Source of the DNA: Blepharisma stoltei ATCC 30299
Taxonomy: Eukaryota; Protista; Ciliophora
Assembly: GCA_965603825.1 (NCBI GenBank)
Contig: CBFDEM010000056.1
Span: forward strand, 62,001 to 126,000
Length of the DNA: 64,000 nt
Reading direction: 5' to 3'
Within the stretch, counting starts at the first letter, position 1. Every line of letters begins with the position of its first letter. The notes beneath the pieces are model-generated. The model saw nothing but the letters and a program-made list of their open reading frames with translations. It was not told the DNA's origin and ran no database searches. Shown here one piece after another: positions 46,783 to 58,836 of the stretch. A program made the translations under genes and the position numbers.

Positions 46783-47820
46783 ATGGCAGCGCATCATTCT
46801 TTGGTTGGGCTTGGGTCTCCTTTATTAGACATTTCCGCTGAAGTTACAGCTGAGTATATGCAACGCTATGGGGTTCTTCCAAACAACGCAATTCTCGCTG
46901 AAGAAAAGCACATGCCTATGTACAAAGAGCTGGTCGACAACTATAACTGTGACTTCATAGCAGGAGGGGCAAGCCAAAACACTATCAGATCTTGCCAATG
47001 GATGTCTCAAACCCCAGGCCTTACCGCCTTTTTAGGCTGCATTGGAAATGACGAAAATGGACAAAGACTAAGCCAGGCTGCAGCCAAAGACGGCGTCACC
47101 ACTTATTACAAAATTGATAATGCCACCCCAACCGGCACCTGTGCAGTTCTGCTTCACGAAAAAGAAAGGTCTTTAATCGCAAACCTCGGAGCAGCCAATA
47201 ACTTCGATATCGATCACTTAAGGGCAAATTGGAGTCTGCTCGAAAACGCCAGAATTGCCTACACTGAAGGCTTTTTTGTAGTCCCAGCCACCCCAAGTTT
47301 AGTAGAAGTCTCAAGATATATGGCCACAAATGGGAAAATTTTTGCTATGAATCTCTCAGCTATGTTTGTCATTGAATTTTTCAAGGACCAAATGATGCAG
47401 CTTTTTGAAAACAGTGAATACGTGTTTGGTAACGAAGTTGAGGCTGAAAAATTTTCACAAGTCCATGGGTTTGATACAACAAATTTTGAGACCATTGCAT
47501 TAAGAATGGCTGCACTGCCAAAAGTATTTGAAAGAACAAGGACTGTAGTTATTACTAGAGGAAAAGACCCAACTGTAGTTGCTGTTGGAGACCAAGTCTA
47601 TACCTTTGAAGTACCTAGGATTGAAGAAGAAAAAATCATCGACACAAATGGAGCTGGGGACTGTAATTAATATTTAGCTTTTGTAGGAGGATTTTTAAGC
47701 GAGCTGCTCAAAGGAAGTGAGCTTAGAAGATGCGTCGCTGCCGGGAACTACTGTGCAGGAGAAGTAATCCAGCAATCAGGATGTGTGTTCCCTCCAGTCC
47801 CTACGTTTAATTATAGTTAG
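46783..47820 (+). CDS. ADK: Adenosine kinase (PfkB family) with one 15-nt intron
   Basis: PLLDISA, AGGASQN, PTGTCAV, RSLIANLGAAN, FGNE.EA, DTNGAGD-S-FVGGFL after splicing. Confidence 0.95.
47663..47677 (+). other. 15-nt intron GTAATTAATATTTAG
   Basis: Removal restores the PfkB signature DTNGAGDSFVGG. Confidence 0.93.
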
Positions 47821-47850
47821 AATCTTCTCTATAATATTTGGTTATGTAAT

Positions 47851-48702
47851 ATGGAAATCGATAATAAAAAGAGAAGAAGCCGTCTTAATTTTTATCAAGT
47901 CTTAAGCTGGATTTTAATATCACTGAACGTTACATTTTCATATGCCTTGACAATAAAATTGCTAGACACAATATATGATATTTATTTTTTAGCTTTATAT
48001 AGCACTACGCTTGGAGTTATTGTTATTCTTGCTATTTATATTGGATATTCTGACCCCACTTCAGATTCAGTTAGACTATCTTGAGAATATCGAGATAAAG
48101 GGATAGAGTTGGACTGTAGTAAATATCCAGTCAAATGCAATGTATGTGACGCTTACGTAGAAAATACAACAAAACACTGCTTCACATGCAACCAGTGCAT
48201 AGAAAAATTTGACCACCACTGCAAATGGTTGAATAACTGTATTGGATCAAAAAATTACAAGTCTTTTATCATTTTAAGTTTTTCTTGTGCTGTGCATTTC
48301 ACAATAGAAACAATTTTTAACTCATTATTGATAAACTACTATATCCAAAATTCTCCAAAATTTGAAAATAAATGCAGCGATAATCTTAATGCGAATTACA
48401 AAATTATTTTAGCATTTGTGATAATCTGTGTGCTGCAAAGTTTTTTAGTTGCGCTATCATTTTTTTATCTTATTGGCTTTCACATTTATTTAGCAAGATT
48501 AGGGCTTACAACCTATGATTTCATAATGAAAAGGCGAGAAATCGCGATTCCTGAAGAACATTTAAAAATAGAAACCGTCAAAGATTACTCAATTTTCGAA
48601 CAAAATTCTCCAGTCGACCTTGAAAAAACTCAAGGAAATAAAACACACCTGCAGAGTGACACTTCGCTGCGATTGATAGAAAGAGCTGTAGATGAAAATT
48701 AA
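47851..48702 (+). CDS. DHHC palmitoyltransferase (ZDHHC11-like)
   Basis: C..C......TKHC..CNQCIEKFDHHCKWLNNCIG..NY, FHIYL..GLTTYDFI; joined via TGA 48082. Confidence 0.9.
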
Positions 48703-48713
48703 TGTTAATTTTT

Positions 48714-50360
48714 CTATAAATTAAACAATTTTTTGGATTTGCCTGGATTTCGGCTTTCAAAGGCGTCCATAAGTTTGCCGAGCTCTTTCATCATGTTGTT
48801 GATCCTGCTTAAGGTATCTATATCACTTTCTGGAGAAGGGCTTAAGGTGTTTGGGCTTGATTCTTCTTGGTAAAAGTCTAAACTTTTATCAGAGTCTACT
48901 GGGGATGCTTTTTCTTCTAAAAAAGCGATTCGGGCTTCTAGTTTTTTAATTTTTTCAGTTAAAGCAAGACAGGTGCTTTCTGATTTAAATAAAGCTTTTT
49001 CAAATTCTTTGCATTTCTCACAACTCTCAGGCAATTTTTTTCTGGATTCATGAAGTGGGGTATGATCATATCCTAGTAGCCCTTTTTTTGTTGGGACATA
49101 AGAAGACTCGCTTTCTGAGTACTCCGGCTCCATCAGTATCTCTTCTTCTGATTTTTCTTCAAAATCATAAGGACTCTCACAAGTGATCTCTCTCGATTCT
49201 TGGGTTTCTGATTTTTTTATCACCCTCAATTTCCTCTCTGTTTCTCTCGGACTTATAGGCTCTGACGCCAATAAAATCGGCCCAAGTGAATTTTTTATAT
49301 TTATAAGTCTTTTTTCTCAGTCTCCTGAATAATTCCTCCTGCTCCTAAATCTTCTCAAATTAATTTTTAATTTTTTCAAAATTACCTTGGCAAAACTTAT
49401 AGGGATACTTTTCCCATTTCCAAAAATATCTAAATACAATAAGGTCGAATTTGTATATAACGCGCTGACTATTTCTTGCAGCCCTTGTATAGTAATACTA
49501 TTATAAGAAATATCCAGCGCTTTTATGATACTATCATGATACAGCGCACTTGATAAATCATAGACAGTTTTATCTTTGAGTTTATTATAAGATAAATTCA
49601 GTTCTTCAAGGCCTTTTCCAGATCCTCCCATTTCTGGCTGCTCTCCTCTTAACCCTGCAAGCCAAACTATCTCGTCCACTCTTTCATTATTTTTGCTTAT
49701 TACCCTTGCAAGGTCAAACCCACAGTCCTCAAGCTCATTTTTCGATAAAATCAAAATATTCAAAAATTTTAGGTTCACCAGAGAAGGCGCAAAACAGGCA
49801 AAATCTTTGTCCTTTAGCCTGCAGTCCGTGATTTCTATATAGCTTAAAGGCAATTTTGCATTAAAGCCTCTAGCTAACAAGTTTCAGCCCTCAAATTCTA
49901 TATTAATCTGTTCAAAAATAAGCGTGGTTAGGTGCCTATTATGCTCCAAATTCTCTGAAATGGCTTTAAAAATCTTGATCCCTTTGATTTTTCTTTTTTT
50001 CTCAAATTCGTCACGTTCTCTAGAGCTCGCGAACGTTGAATGGTTTTCAGGGTCCAAATTGCTTGTCTGAGCATCAGTCCTAACTGTACGTGATCCTTTT
50101 GGGCTTGATTTTGAATAAGGGATCACAGCTTTATGCTTATCACTATTACTTAATTCAATTTTTTTAATTTGCGTAAGACCAGGCAGCGCTGATGCAATTG
50201 GCTTTAAATCTTTGTCTTGGATAATTTCAAAATTGACGGAAAATTCATATTTATTGAGTGTTGACACAATTTGGTTGTTTGCCGATATGCTTTGTTTACT
50301 ACAGCAAACTTTATATTTGTTGGAGTACGCCTTGGTTTTTTGGGTTTTACTTGACAGCAT
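48714..50360 (-). CDS. RNI-like leucine-rich repeat protein with coiled-coil tail (possibly CEP78-like)
   Basis: Three ORFs in frame via TGA. LILSKNEL, LNLSYNKL, LDISYNSI, LDIFGN; DEIVWLAGLR. Confidence 0.75.
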
Positions 50361-50497
50361 TTTAGTTTAAATAAGATGGTTAATTATATAAGAGTCCTCA
50401 TAGTTGACAAAGCTGCCTCTAGACTTCTTTATATAGTTGTTCTTGAAGCTCAAATACAAGAGTGCTTGGTTTGCAAGTACCAACCCGAATTTAATGT

Positions 50498-51221
50498 ATC
50501 TTCTTGGTCTACCTCTTCCGCACTTCATTAAACTACATCTTATCAATTCTGAGTTCTCTCCCTTCTAATTCACTCCCATTCAGCTTGCTTGCTGCATCCG
50601 CAGAATCAGCTGTCTCAAACACGACGTGGGCAAATCCGCGTTTATTTCCATCCTGGTCATATGAGAATCTCACACTCTTTATCGGTCCAAAGTCACTGAA
50701 GAAATCAGTCAAGTTGTTTTCGTCAGCAGTATAAGGGAGATTACTGACAAACAAAGTGTTTTCTCTTCTAATTCCGCTACCTCATAACTCTCTGTGTTTG
50801 TTAGGGTTGTAACCTGATAAGTTAATTCTCAAGGTGCGGCCCATATGCTCTGATCCGTTAAGAAGAATGGCTTCTTGGGCTTCTTCTGCGCTTGAACACT
50901 TTATGAAAGCAGAAACTTTAGATTTGCCTTGGCTGTTTTTGAGGATTTTTATTTTGGTGATGGACCCGCAGTTTTTGAAAAACTTTTGAAGGTCGGAATC
51001 GTTAGCTTCCCAGGAGAGGCCTCCTACGAAAACTTCGGATTGCTCGTCACCTTTGTCTTCATATGATCTCTCAGCTGACCATATCTTTTGTTTTTCTTAG
51101 AGCTGGAACCTTTGTATCTGGGGTCGTCACTGTCGGAGTCGTTTTCGTATTTTTTGCTTGAGGATTTGTATTCTTGTTCAGATCCAGAGCTTTCGTCTGA
51201 TCTTTTAGTGTATTTTCTCAT
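50498..51221 (-). pseudogene. Degenerate duplicate of the two-RRM gene at 58837..59643
   Basis: Collinear with high identity. A net deletion of about 46 nt near 51067-51086 causes a frameshift, and the RGG tail is partly deleted. Confidence 0.85.
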
Positions 51222-51256
51222 GATTTATTAATATAAGCAGCACAATTTGCAATATA

Positions 51257-51519
51257 GGTATTAAAGGAAAATGATTATATTTTAAAATTTTTGTGTTATT
51301 TTCTCTAATAATTGCATAAGAGTGAAGGGAAGGGGATTAGATTAATTTGCAGGGAGATTTACCCCAGCTCCATTAAGGTTGTCTCATTGGTATTAAAGGA
51401 AAAGGATTAAATTTTAAAATTTTTATGTTATTTTCTCTAATAATTGCATAAGAGTGAAGGGAGGGGATTAGATTAACTTGCAGGGAGATTTACCCCAGCT
51501 CCATTAAGGTTGTCTCATT
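51257..51519. repeat. Direct tandem repeat, 132 + 131 bp
   Basis: ggtattaaaggaaaa...gtgaagggaaggggattagatt...ccccagctccattaaggttgtctcatt twice (51257-51388, 51389-51519). Confidence 0.95.
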
Positions 51520-51898
51520 AGCTGTACCATTAGGGGCTTCTAGGAGCCACCTAGCCTTTTTCCTCTGAATACTCTCCATGTTATCCCACTTGAGTCTTGA
51601 CATGTTTTCTGAGCCACATTCTTTTGCGTAACACTGACGGTAGAGACGCAGGCTTGCAGAATAGTTGCCTTCCTTCGAGAGCGGCATCTCTGAGATAGGC
51701 AACCATGCCAAATTGAGCCATGCAACTTGCCTTGGTCTTTGCAATTGAACTATTGAGTCCTCTGGCACTGTTATTTCTTGTCTGAATAATATAGCCTAGG
51801 TACCTGAAGGACTTACTAGCCTTAAGAGGTACCCCTTTAATAGCCAGAGCCTGCCTCCTCAAGGATTCAGGCATGTGCATTGTTTCTGAGTTGTTGAT
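51454..51898 (-). mobile_element. Truncated, frameshifted non-LTR retrotransposon reverse-transcriptase (late RT/thumb) fragment
   Basis: INNSETMHM...FRYLG...IAK.KA; after shifts ATILQACV, YAKECG, MESIQRKKARWLLEAP..TANETTLMELG. GC is higher than in the flanks. Confidence 0.7.
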
Positions 51899-52325
51899 CT
51901 ATAAAATGCTCAAGTGATAATATTAACCAAAAAAATTCTAGAATTGACAAAAAAATTGATAGTTTTTATGAATTTGAAGGGGTTTTTAGGAGATTTGAGA
52001 TATAAAAATTGTAATGCTAATTTAAATGATATATATATTCTCTAAACACATTTTTGGAACTAACATTATTAAGTTGCTTATTAGTGTTCTATATTAATGA
52101 TTAATAAAAATAAACATAAGTTCTCAAAATTCCCGAAATTTTTCAATTTTCTAATATCATCCCAATACATTTACCTATAAATTTTAATTAGAATATTAAG
52201 ATTTTTTCTATTAGTATTATTTTTCTCCTCAATTTCTAATATTTTTCACGTTTTGACTGCCTTTTCATACCCATATTCTTTTTAATTCGAATTTTCACCT
52301 AATTCTTTACCAATTTAAATATTAA

Positions 52326-55300
52326 ATGTCTCGCGATCTAAACTTCCAAGGGGGTAAAGATTTCTGGGGATCAGTTGCACAAAGTCCCAATGCTTCTCAA
52401 ATATCAAACAGAGACGATTTTATGCGGTCACAGGCAGATCAGGCAGGCAATCAGCGCTCAGATTTTCAAAATCAATCCTCTTTATTGCAGAGTCCTGGAC
52501 AGCCTCCTCTCCAAGATCCATCAATGAGCGTCGGCTCTGAGTACTGAAGATCCCAAAAAGCAGCAACAATGGGAGAAGGGGCTTTTCCACAAGCTCTAAA
52601 CAGCGCTGATGCTTTTTGGAAACAAAAAGCCAATGAAAAACAAGAAAGCTCAGCTATTCGAGAATCTGACGAGCTCAGATACGAAAAATCCAAAACCCAA
52701 GTCCAAGCTGCTTCTATGGAAACATTCTTTAAAAGCCAAGCAGAAAGCAAAAAAGGTGTAAGAAAAAACGTCAGTCAAAAACCCGGCACAAAAGGGGCGA
52801 AACGACAAGCCTCAGGCCCACGGTCAAATTTATCAGAAAAAGAAAAAGCCGCCGCCTATTTCGACTTATATGACCAAAATTTAGAACTAAAAAACCACCA
52901 CAATAAGCTAGAAGAAGAATTAAAAAAGGTGACAACTCAGCTGAACCGGCTAAAAGAAAGCGTCAAAAGTGAAAGAAACCTTGCAGAGTCTTTAACAGGC
53001 CAAGACTTTAAGTCCAGCAATATCGAAATCAGTGAAGTCGAAAGGCTTAAAAAAGAAAAATCCGAATTAGCAAGAAAAATAAGAGAAATTGAAGGAGCCG
53101 CGTCTACAGGGAAGCTAGGAAAGCAGCTTGCCTCACGTGACGGGCCTTTTTTAAAGCAGCACAGCATGAAGCCTAAAGTGATAACTCAAGCTGTCCACTA
53201 TGACATCCACAAAAACAAAACCCCTATCAAGATGATGGACGACAGCACCGCCATAGTCGGCTATGACGAAAAGCCACAAATGCAGACTGTACAGATAAGG
53301 GACATAAACTATGAAGGACTTATAAGGGAGCTTGAAGACACCAAAATTCAGCTATCCCGAGAACGTGCCAAAGTAATTGAGCTAGAAATCAAGCTAAAAG
53401 CTTACGAATCTTCAAATTCCAATGAACTTGTATACAAAAACCAAGAACTTATAGCAGAAAATAAAAGGCTAGAATACCAGCTAAGAGACCTACTGAATTC
53501 CCCGTTTAATAAAGACTCAAAAGACCCCAAACTGCAGATTTTGGAAAATGAAATTAATATGAGGACTTCGTCATTGCAGGATTTTCAGCAGAAAATTGCA
53601 AAATTAGAAGGAAATGTGGCGTATTTGACACAGGAATTGAAAAATATGACACAAGAGAGGGATAGGTTTAAAGATGAGTGCTTAAAACTATCTGTGAGGC
53701 TAGAGGAGAAAAATAAATATTTTGATGAGTTTGAAACTCAGCTGAGGTCTCTAGGAGGGACTGATGTAGATGCTTTTATGAGGGCGCTAGGGCTAATGAA
53801 ACTTAAAGGAGAAGAACCAGCCTGGTCAAGGCTAGATTTTATTGAAAGAACTAGCAATGTGCCTGAAGATATTCCGAATCTTAAAAGAGAAATAGAAAGA
53901 CTTAAGCTTGAAAAAGGCCAGCTAGCTGCAGAACTAGAAAAAATCCAAAATTTATTAGTCTTGAAAAATGAAATGGAAAAAGAAAAAAATGCGTTACATA
54001 GCAGTGAAAGCGAGCAGCTACAAATGCAGTTAAAATCAGCCCAACAAAGAGCTGAGGAGTTAGCTAGATTAGCGGATTTCAGAGCAAACCGTGTAATTCA
54101 GCTTGAAAGAAACCAGCGTCTTAATGTATATGATGATGCCAATCGAATTGTTGCTACAAAAACACAAATTTCTTTAGCAGAATTTGACGGTGCAGCTGCA
54201 GAGTTTGTAGATAATGGCACTGAGGTCGGAACTGGAGAAAATATCGTAGATTTATGGCTAGGCGCTGCTGAGTTCTATTTATTTGCCTTAGAACAAGCCC
54301 TAAAAGAAAACATGCCTTATGAGCGGAACTTTGTGTCCTTTTTAACTGTCGATTTCTTTAACCACGAAACCCAATCCACTTCTCTCTGTGAAGGCTTGAC
54401 CCCAAAATACCAAATCCACATAAGTTTCAAGGTAAACGTCGACGAATTTTTCATAAAAACCCTTGAAAAGGACTATATTTATATAGAAGCCCACATAAAT
54501 AAAGGTGACTCACATTTGACTTTTGCGAGAGCAAAAGTCCCACTAGTAGAATTGTTAGAACGGGCTGGGCCTATGTCAGACGCCAATATGAAGCCAGGGA
54601 TAATAGAGTCAGCCTGTACCTTTGTGAGTGCTTTTGATGGTCGGACTTCAGTTGGTGTACAAACTTTTAAGCTGAGGATGAGACACCCGCTTAGTGAAGC
54701 TTTGAGGTGGTTTAAAGAAAAACAAGAAATTGTGGAACTTTCTAACCCTAAACAGTATGCATTAGAAACTGTATATGCAGCTGACCCTAATTTAAAAGAA
54801 AGAAGCTTGATGGTGACTGTGTTTAGGTGTATTGGGCTTACTGGGACTGTATATCCAGGGAATTTAAGGCCATTTGTGTTTTACCAGTTTTTCACGGAGC
54901 CGGAATATATGACTAAAAGTGCAGTAGGGCCAGACCCGGTTTATGATGAGACGTCGACTATAAAAATAAAGGTAGGCCCTGATCTTAAAAAATACCTTGA
55001 CTCACAGACTGTAGAATTTATTGTGTTTGATGACAATGCGCCTATTAGAGAAGGAGGACAAGATATAATAGGGACAGCCCATGTGCCTTTGACAGCACTT
55101 TTACTAGATACTGCTATAGAAGGAACTTATCAGCTTTTTAATTTAAGAGGTCAAGAAGCTGGAGGCATTTCTCTAAGGATTGCATGGAGAGACTCAAAAG
55201 CTGACCAAATAGGCTACGGCACACCTCTTACTGAAGCATGGGAAAGAGAAGCTTATGAACGAATAGCCAAAGCCCTAAGTGCCAGAGGGCTTGGCCTTGA

Positions 55301-58300
55301 CTCAGGGTTCGCTATTTTTGACCAGGACCAAAATGGCTTAATTTCTCCTCAGGAATTCAGAAATACCATCCTCATCACATTGCGGCTGCCTCTATCTGAG
55401 CAAGAAATCCAGCTCCTCATAAATGCTTGCAATCTTGTGGACGGAGGAATTACAAAGACCTTATTCAGACAGAAATTTTCAGGTCTTTTAGCAGCTGATA
55501 GGACACTAAAAGCTGAAGAACCATGGGAAGAACAAGTTCTTGAGCTCGTAAGGCAGCGAATTATAGAAAAAAGGCTCAGCATTTGGCAGACGTTTGAGGC
55601 TTTTGACTTAAACAAAGATGGAACTGTCTCAGCAGCTGAATTTAGGCAGACTTTTAAAATAATGCAGCTTGGGCTTAATGATGAGGAAATAGAAAGAATT
55701 CTTAAATATTTTGACCCCAGGAGGACTGATAAAATAGACTATAGGATTTTTTGTGAAAAATTGCAGCCAAGAAGTGGAGGGAAACCAACACAGGTCAATA
55801 ATAATACGGATGCCGCATTAATTTTGGCAAAAGTAGGGCAGCTCATTACAGAGAGCCAGCTGACGTTTAGAGACGCTTTTAAGGTTTTTGATGAAAATGG
55901 AGATGGGCAGATATCAAAACAAGAGTTTTATAAGGTCTTTGAAATGATGAAAATTGGGCTGACACCGAGAGAAATAGAAAACCTTTGAAATTATTTGCCG
56001 AAAAATCCATCTGGGTTTTTACTGTATGAAGCTTTTTGTGCAGGGTTTGAAGGGACTCCGAGGAATGGGCCTGGACAAGTGAGAACTACAGTTGCGCAGG
56101 TAAGGGAATATATACAAAATCAGCTGAGAAATAAGCGTGCAGATATAGGTAGCTTGTTCAGAGCTTTTGATAAGAATTTAAGTGGAACTCTAAGCAGGCA
56201 AGAATTCAGAAACGCCCTTGAACATTTAGGCCTAAACCTTACTACTTATGATGTTGAAATGCTAGTCGACGTGGCAGACGCCAATAAAGATGGCTCAATT
56301 ACTCTTCACGAGTTCATTGAATTTGTCCAGCCTTCTGAAAACATGGTTTCAGTCTTCAAAAGAATGATGAAAAGGAGCGGCATATCTGCGCCTGACCTTT
56401 TCAATATTTTTGACGCTGACAAAAACGGGATAATCACAAAAGACGAGTTCAAAAGAGTCCTGGCAAGCCTAAAAATTCCTTTGACGCCAGAAGAAGTAGA
56501 AGCTTTATGGACATTTATTGACAAAGATAAAAGCAATACTATAAACTTCAAAGAATTCCAAGATTTATTAAGGGAAGCAGCACCTATTTCGAGAACTAAT
56601 ACAAGAATGAGTGAAGGATCAAGACTTCCGACTGAGGAAAGTAAAGCGACACCAGTTCCTCCACCAGATCCATTGGAAAGTATAGTAAAAGTGATCGCTT
56701 CGAGTGGAATAAACTTGTTTGACGCTTTTAAAGTATTTGATAAAAATAATGATGGGTATATATCAAGGCAAGAACTTATCAAAGTTTTCCAAGACATGAA
56801 GCTTAACCTAACAAATACTCAAATTGAGATTTTACTGAGAAAAATTGATAAGTCAGGCGACAATAGAATTTCTTTTGATGAATTCAAAGAGCTTTTCAAG
56901 AGTTACGGAACGGAAGTAAATCCAAGAACCCAAGGAGCTGCCCAAACCCAAGCTCAAGCAGCTAGGAAAAAAATCAGAAGCGTCCCAGAGCTTATTCATA
57001 TGCTCGATGACCATATGACAAAGCAAAAATTAACCTTAGTCAGGCTATACAACCAAGTTTTTGACCAAAACAAAGACAGCTGGATTTCCAAAGATGAGCT
57101 TATGAAAGGCTTTAACAGAATTCTTGAACACCCATTAACTGAAAGCGAAACAAACAGCCTTGTAACTGAGCTCTGTCCAAAAGGCCAAACCAGAATTAGT
57201 TTTAACAACCTAAAAGACGTATATGCCAGATATTCCAAAAAATCAGAAACGGCGGCACAAGATGCATCCAGAAGGCAGCTGCTGGAGTCTTCTGAGTCAT
57301 TAAATAGGTCAATTGGACAATCACAAGCAAAAACAGCACAAGATTTTAGGGTAAATTCACCGACACAAACTCAGCAAGATTTTAGACCTTCACCGACACA
57401 GACTGCACAAGATTTTAGACAGCCTCCAAGTCAGACTATGCAGGATTTCAGACAGTCTTCACAAGGATTTGGCCAAGGACAGGATATAAGAAGCTCAGGG
57501 CTAAACCAGCCAGGACAGAGAGCTTCACCAGCTCAGACTGGACAAGATTTCAGGCAAGATTCAATGGGCAGAGGAATGGGAGCTACACAAGAAGGATTTA
57601 GGCAGGCTCCTACAGACCAAAGAGGAGAGCAAAATTATTATAATAGAGCAAATGTGCCGCCAGGCCAAAGCTCAACTCCAAGCCAATATGATATAAGAAG
57701 TAGCAATACGCCAGAAAGCTTTAGGACAGGGACTGACCTTGGGAGCTATAGAGCTCAAGATCCTTATAATCAGCCAGGATATGGCAGGACTCCTCAACAA
57801 ACTCAAGGCAATCTTCCAACGCCTGGGTATAGTGAAGAACCTACTAGAGCTCCTCAAGAAGCTTATAAACAAATAGCCCCTGGCTATGGTCAAGAGCCTT
57901 CTAGAGCTCCTCAGCAAGGACAACAAATAGCCCCTGGATACGGCCAAGAGCCTTCTAGAGCTCCTCAGCAAGGACAACAAATAGCTCCTAGCTATGGCCA
58001 AGATCTTTCAAGAGCTCCTCAGCAAGGACAACAATTAGCCCTTAGTTATGGCCAAGATCTATCAAGAGCTCCTCAGCAAGGACAACAAATAGCACCTGGT
58101 TATGGCCAAGATCTATCAAGAGGTCCTCAGCAAGGACAACAAATAGTACCTGATTACAGCCAAGAGCCTTCTAGAGCTCCTCAACAAGGACAACAAATAG
58201 CCCCTAGCTATGGCCAAGATTTATCTAGAGCTTCTCAGCAAGGACAACAATTAGCCCTTAGCTATGGCCAAGATATATCTAGAGCTCCTCAGCAAGGACA

Positions 58301-58520
58301 GCAGCTAGCCCTTAGCTATGGCCAAGATCCCTCAAGAGCTCCTCAGCAAGGACAACAAATAGCTCCAAGCTATGGTCAAGACCCTTATAAACAAACTACC
58401 CCTAGCTACAGCAGAGAGTCAACAAGAGGACCACAGCAACCCCAAGATCCTTATAAACAAACTGCGCCTAGCTATGGTAGCCAGCCTCCTACTACTAAAG
58501 AGCCTCCTAGAAGATTTTAA
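52326..58520 (+). CDS. RPGRIP1/RPGRIP1L-like ciliary protein (coiled coil, C2-C2) with about 14 EF-hands and a Q/P/G repeat tail, 2064 aa
   Basis: Joined via TGA 52545 and 55986. GENIVDLWL, FLTVDFFNHETQST, LRMRHPL, PFVFYQFF, FIVFDD; EF loops such as DQDQNGLISPQE, DLNKDGTVSAAE and DADKNGIITKDE. Confidence 0.85.
57835..58385 (+). repeat. About 10 tandem 54-nt coding repeats (PSRAPQQGQQIAPSYGQD)
   Basis: ctagagctcctcagcaaggacaacaa recurs at a 54-nt period (57901, 57955, ...). Confidence 0.93.
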
Positions 58521-58592
58521 TATAAATTATCACTATTCTAAAATAACTATAAGTTTTACTTTAAAATGGTTAAGTTTTAAATAACGACTATA

Positions 58593-58836
58593 ATGGATGA
58601 TTCAGTATGGGCAATTATCGCCGCTCTCGGCATAGATATTTTTCTTTTTACTCTAGAATCCTACTTATTTTCGATATACCGCAAAATCCGTAACAGACCT
58701 ATATTTGCAGAAATCGGAGAACGTGAAGTCAAAGTTCCTGTATATTCAGAATCTGACACACCATTATGGGTTTTAATGAATGTTTGAAAAGTTCCCATAT
58801 GAAGAAATGGGTCATTATTGTGGAATCCACTTAACA
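58593..58836 (+). pseudogene. 5' fragment of an OSCA/TMEM63(CSC1)-like gene, frameshifted and truncated
   Basis: N-terminal TM followed by FSIYRK; W(TGA)KVP then +1 frame PYEEMGHYCG, which resembles the RSN1_TM region; it breaks off at the 3' end of the opposite-strand RRM gene. Confidence 0.45.

Noticed and set aside
57835-58385. Regular repeat array resembling CRISPR
   Set aside because: These are in-frame 54-nt coding repeats with no unique spacers and no cas genes, in a eukaryotic context.
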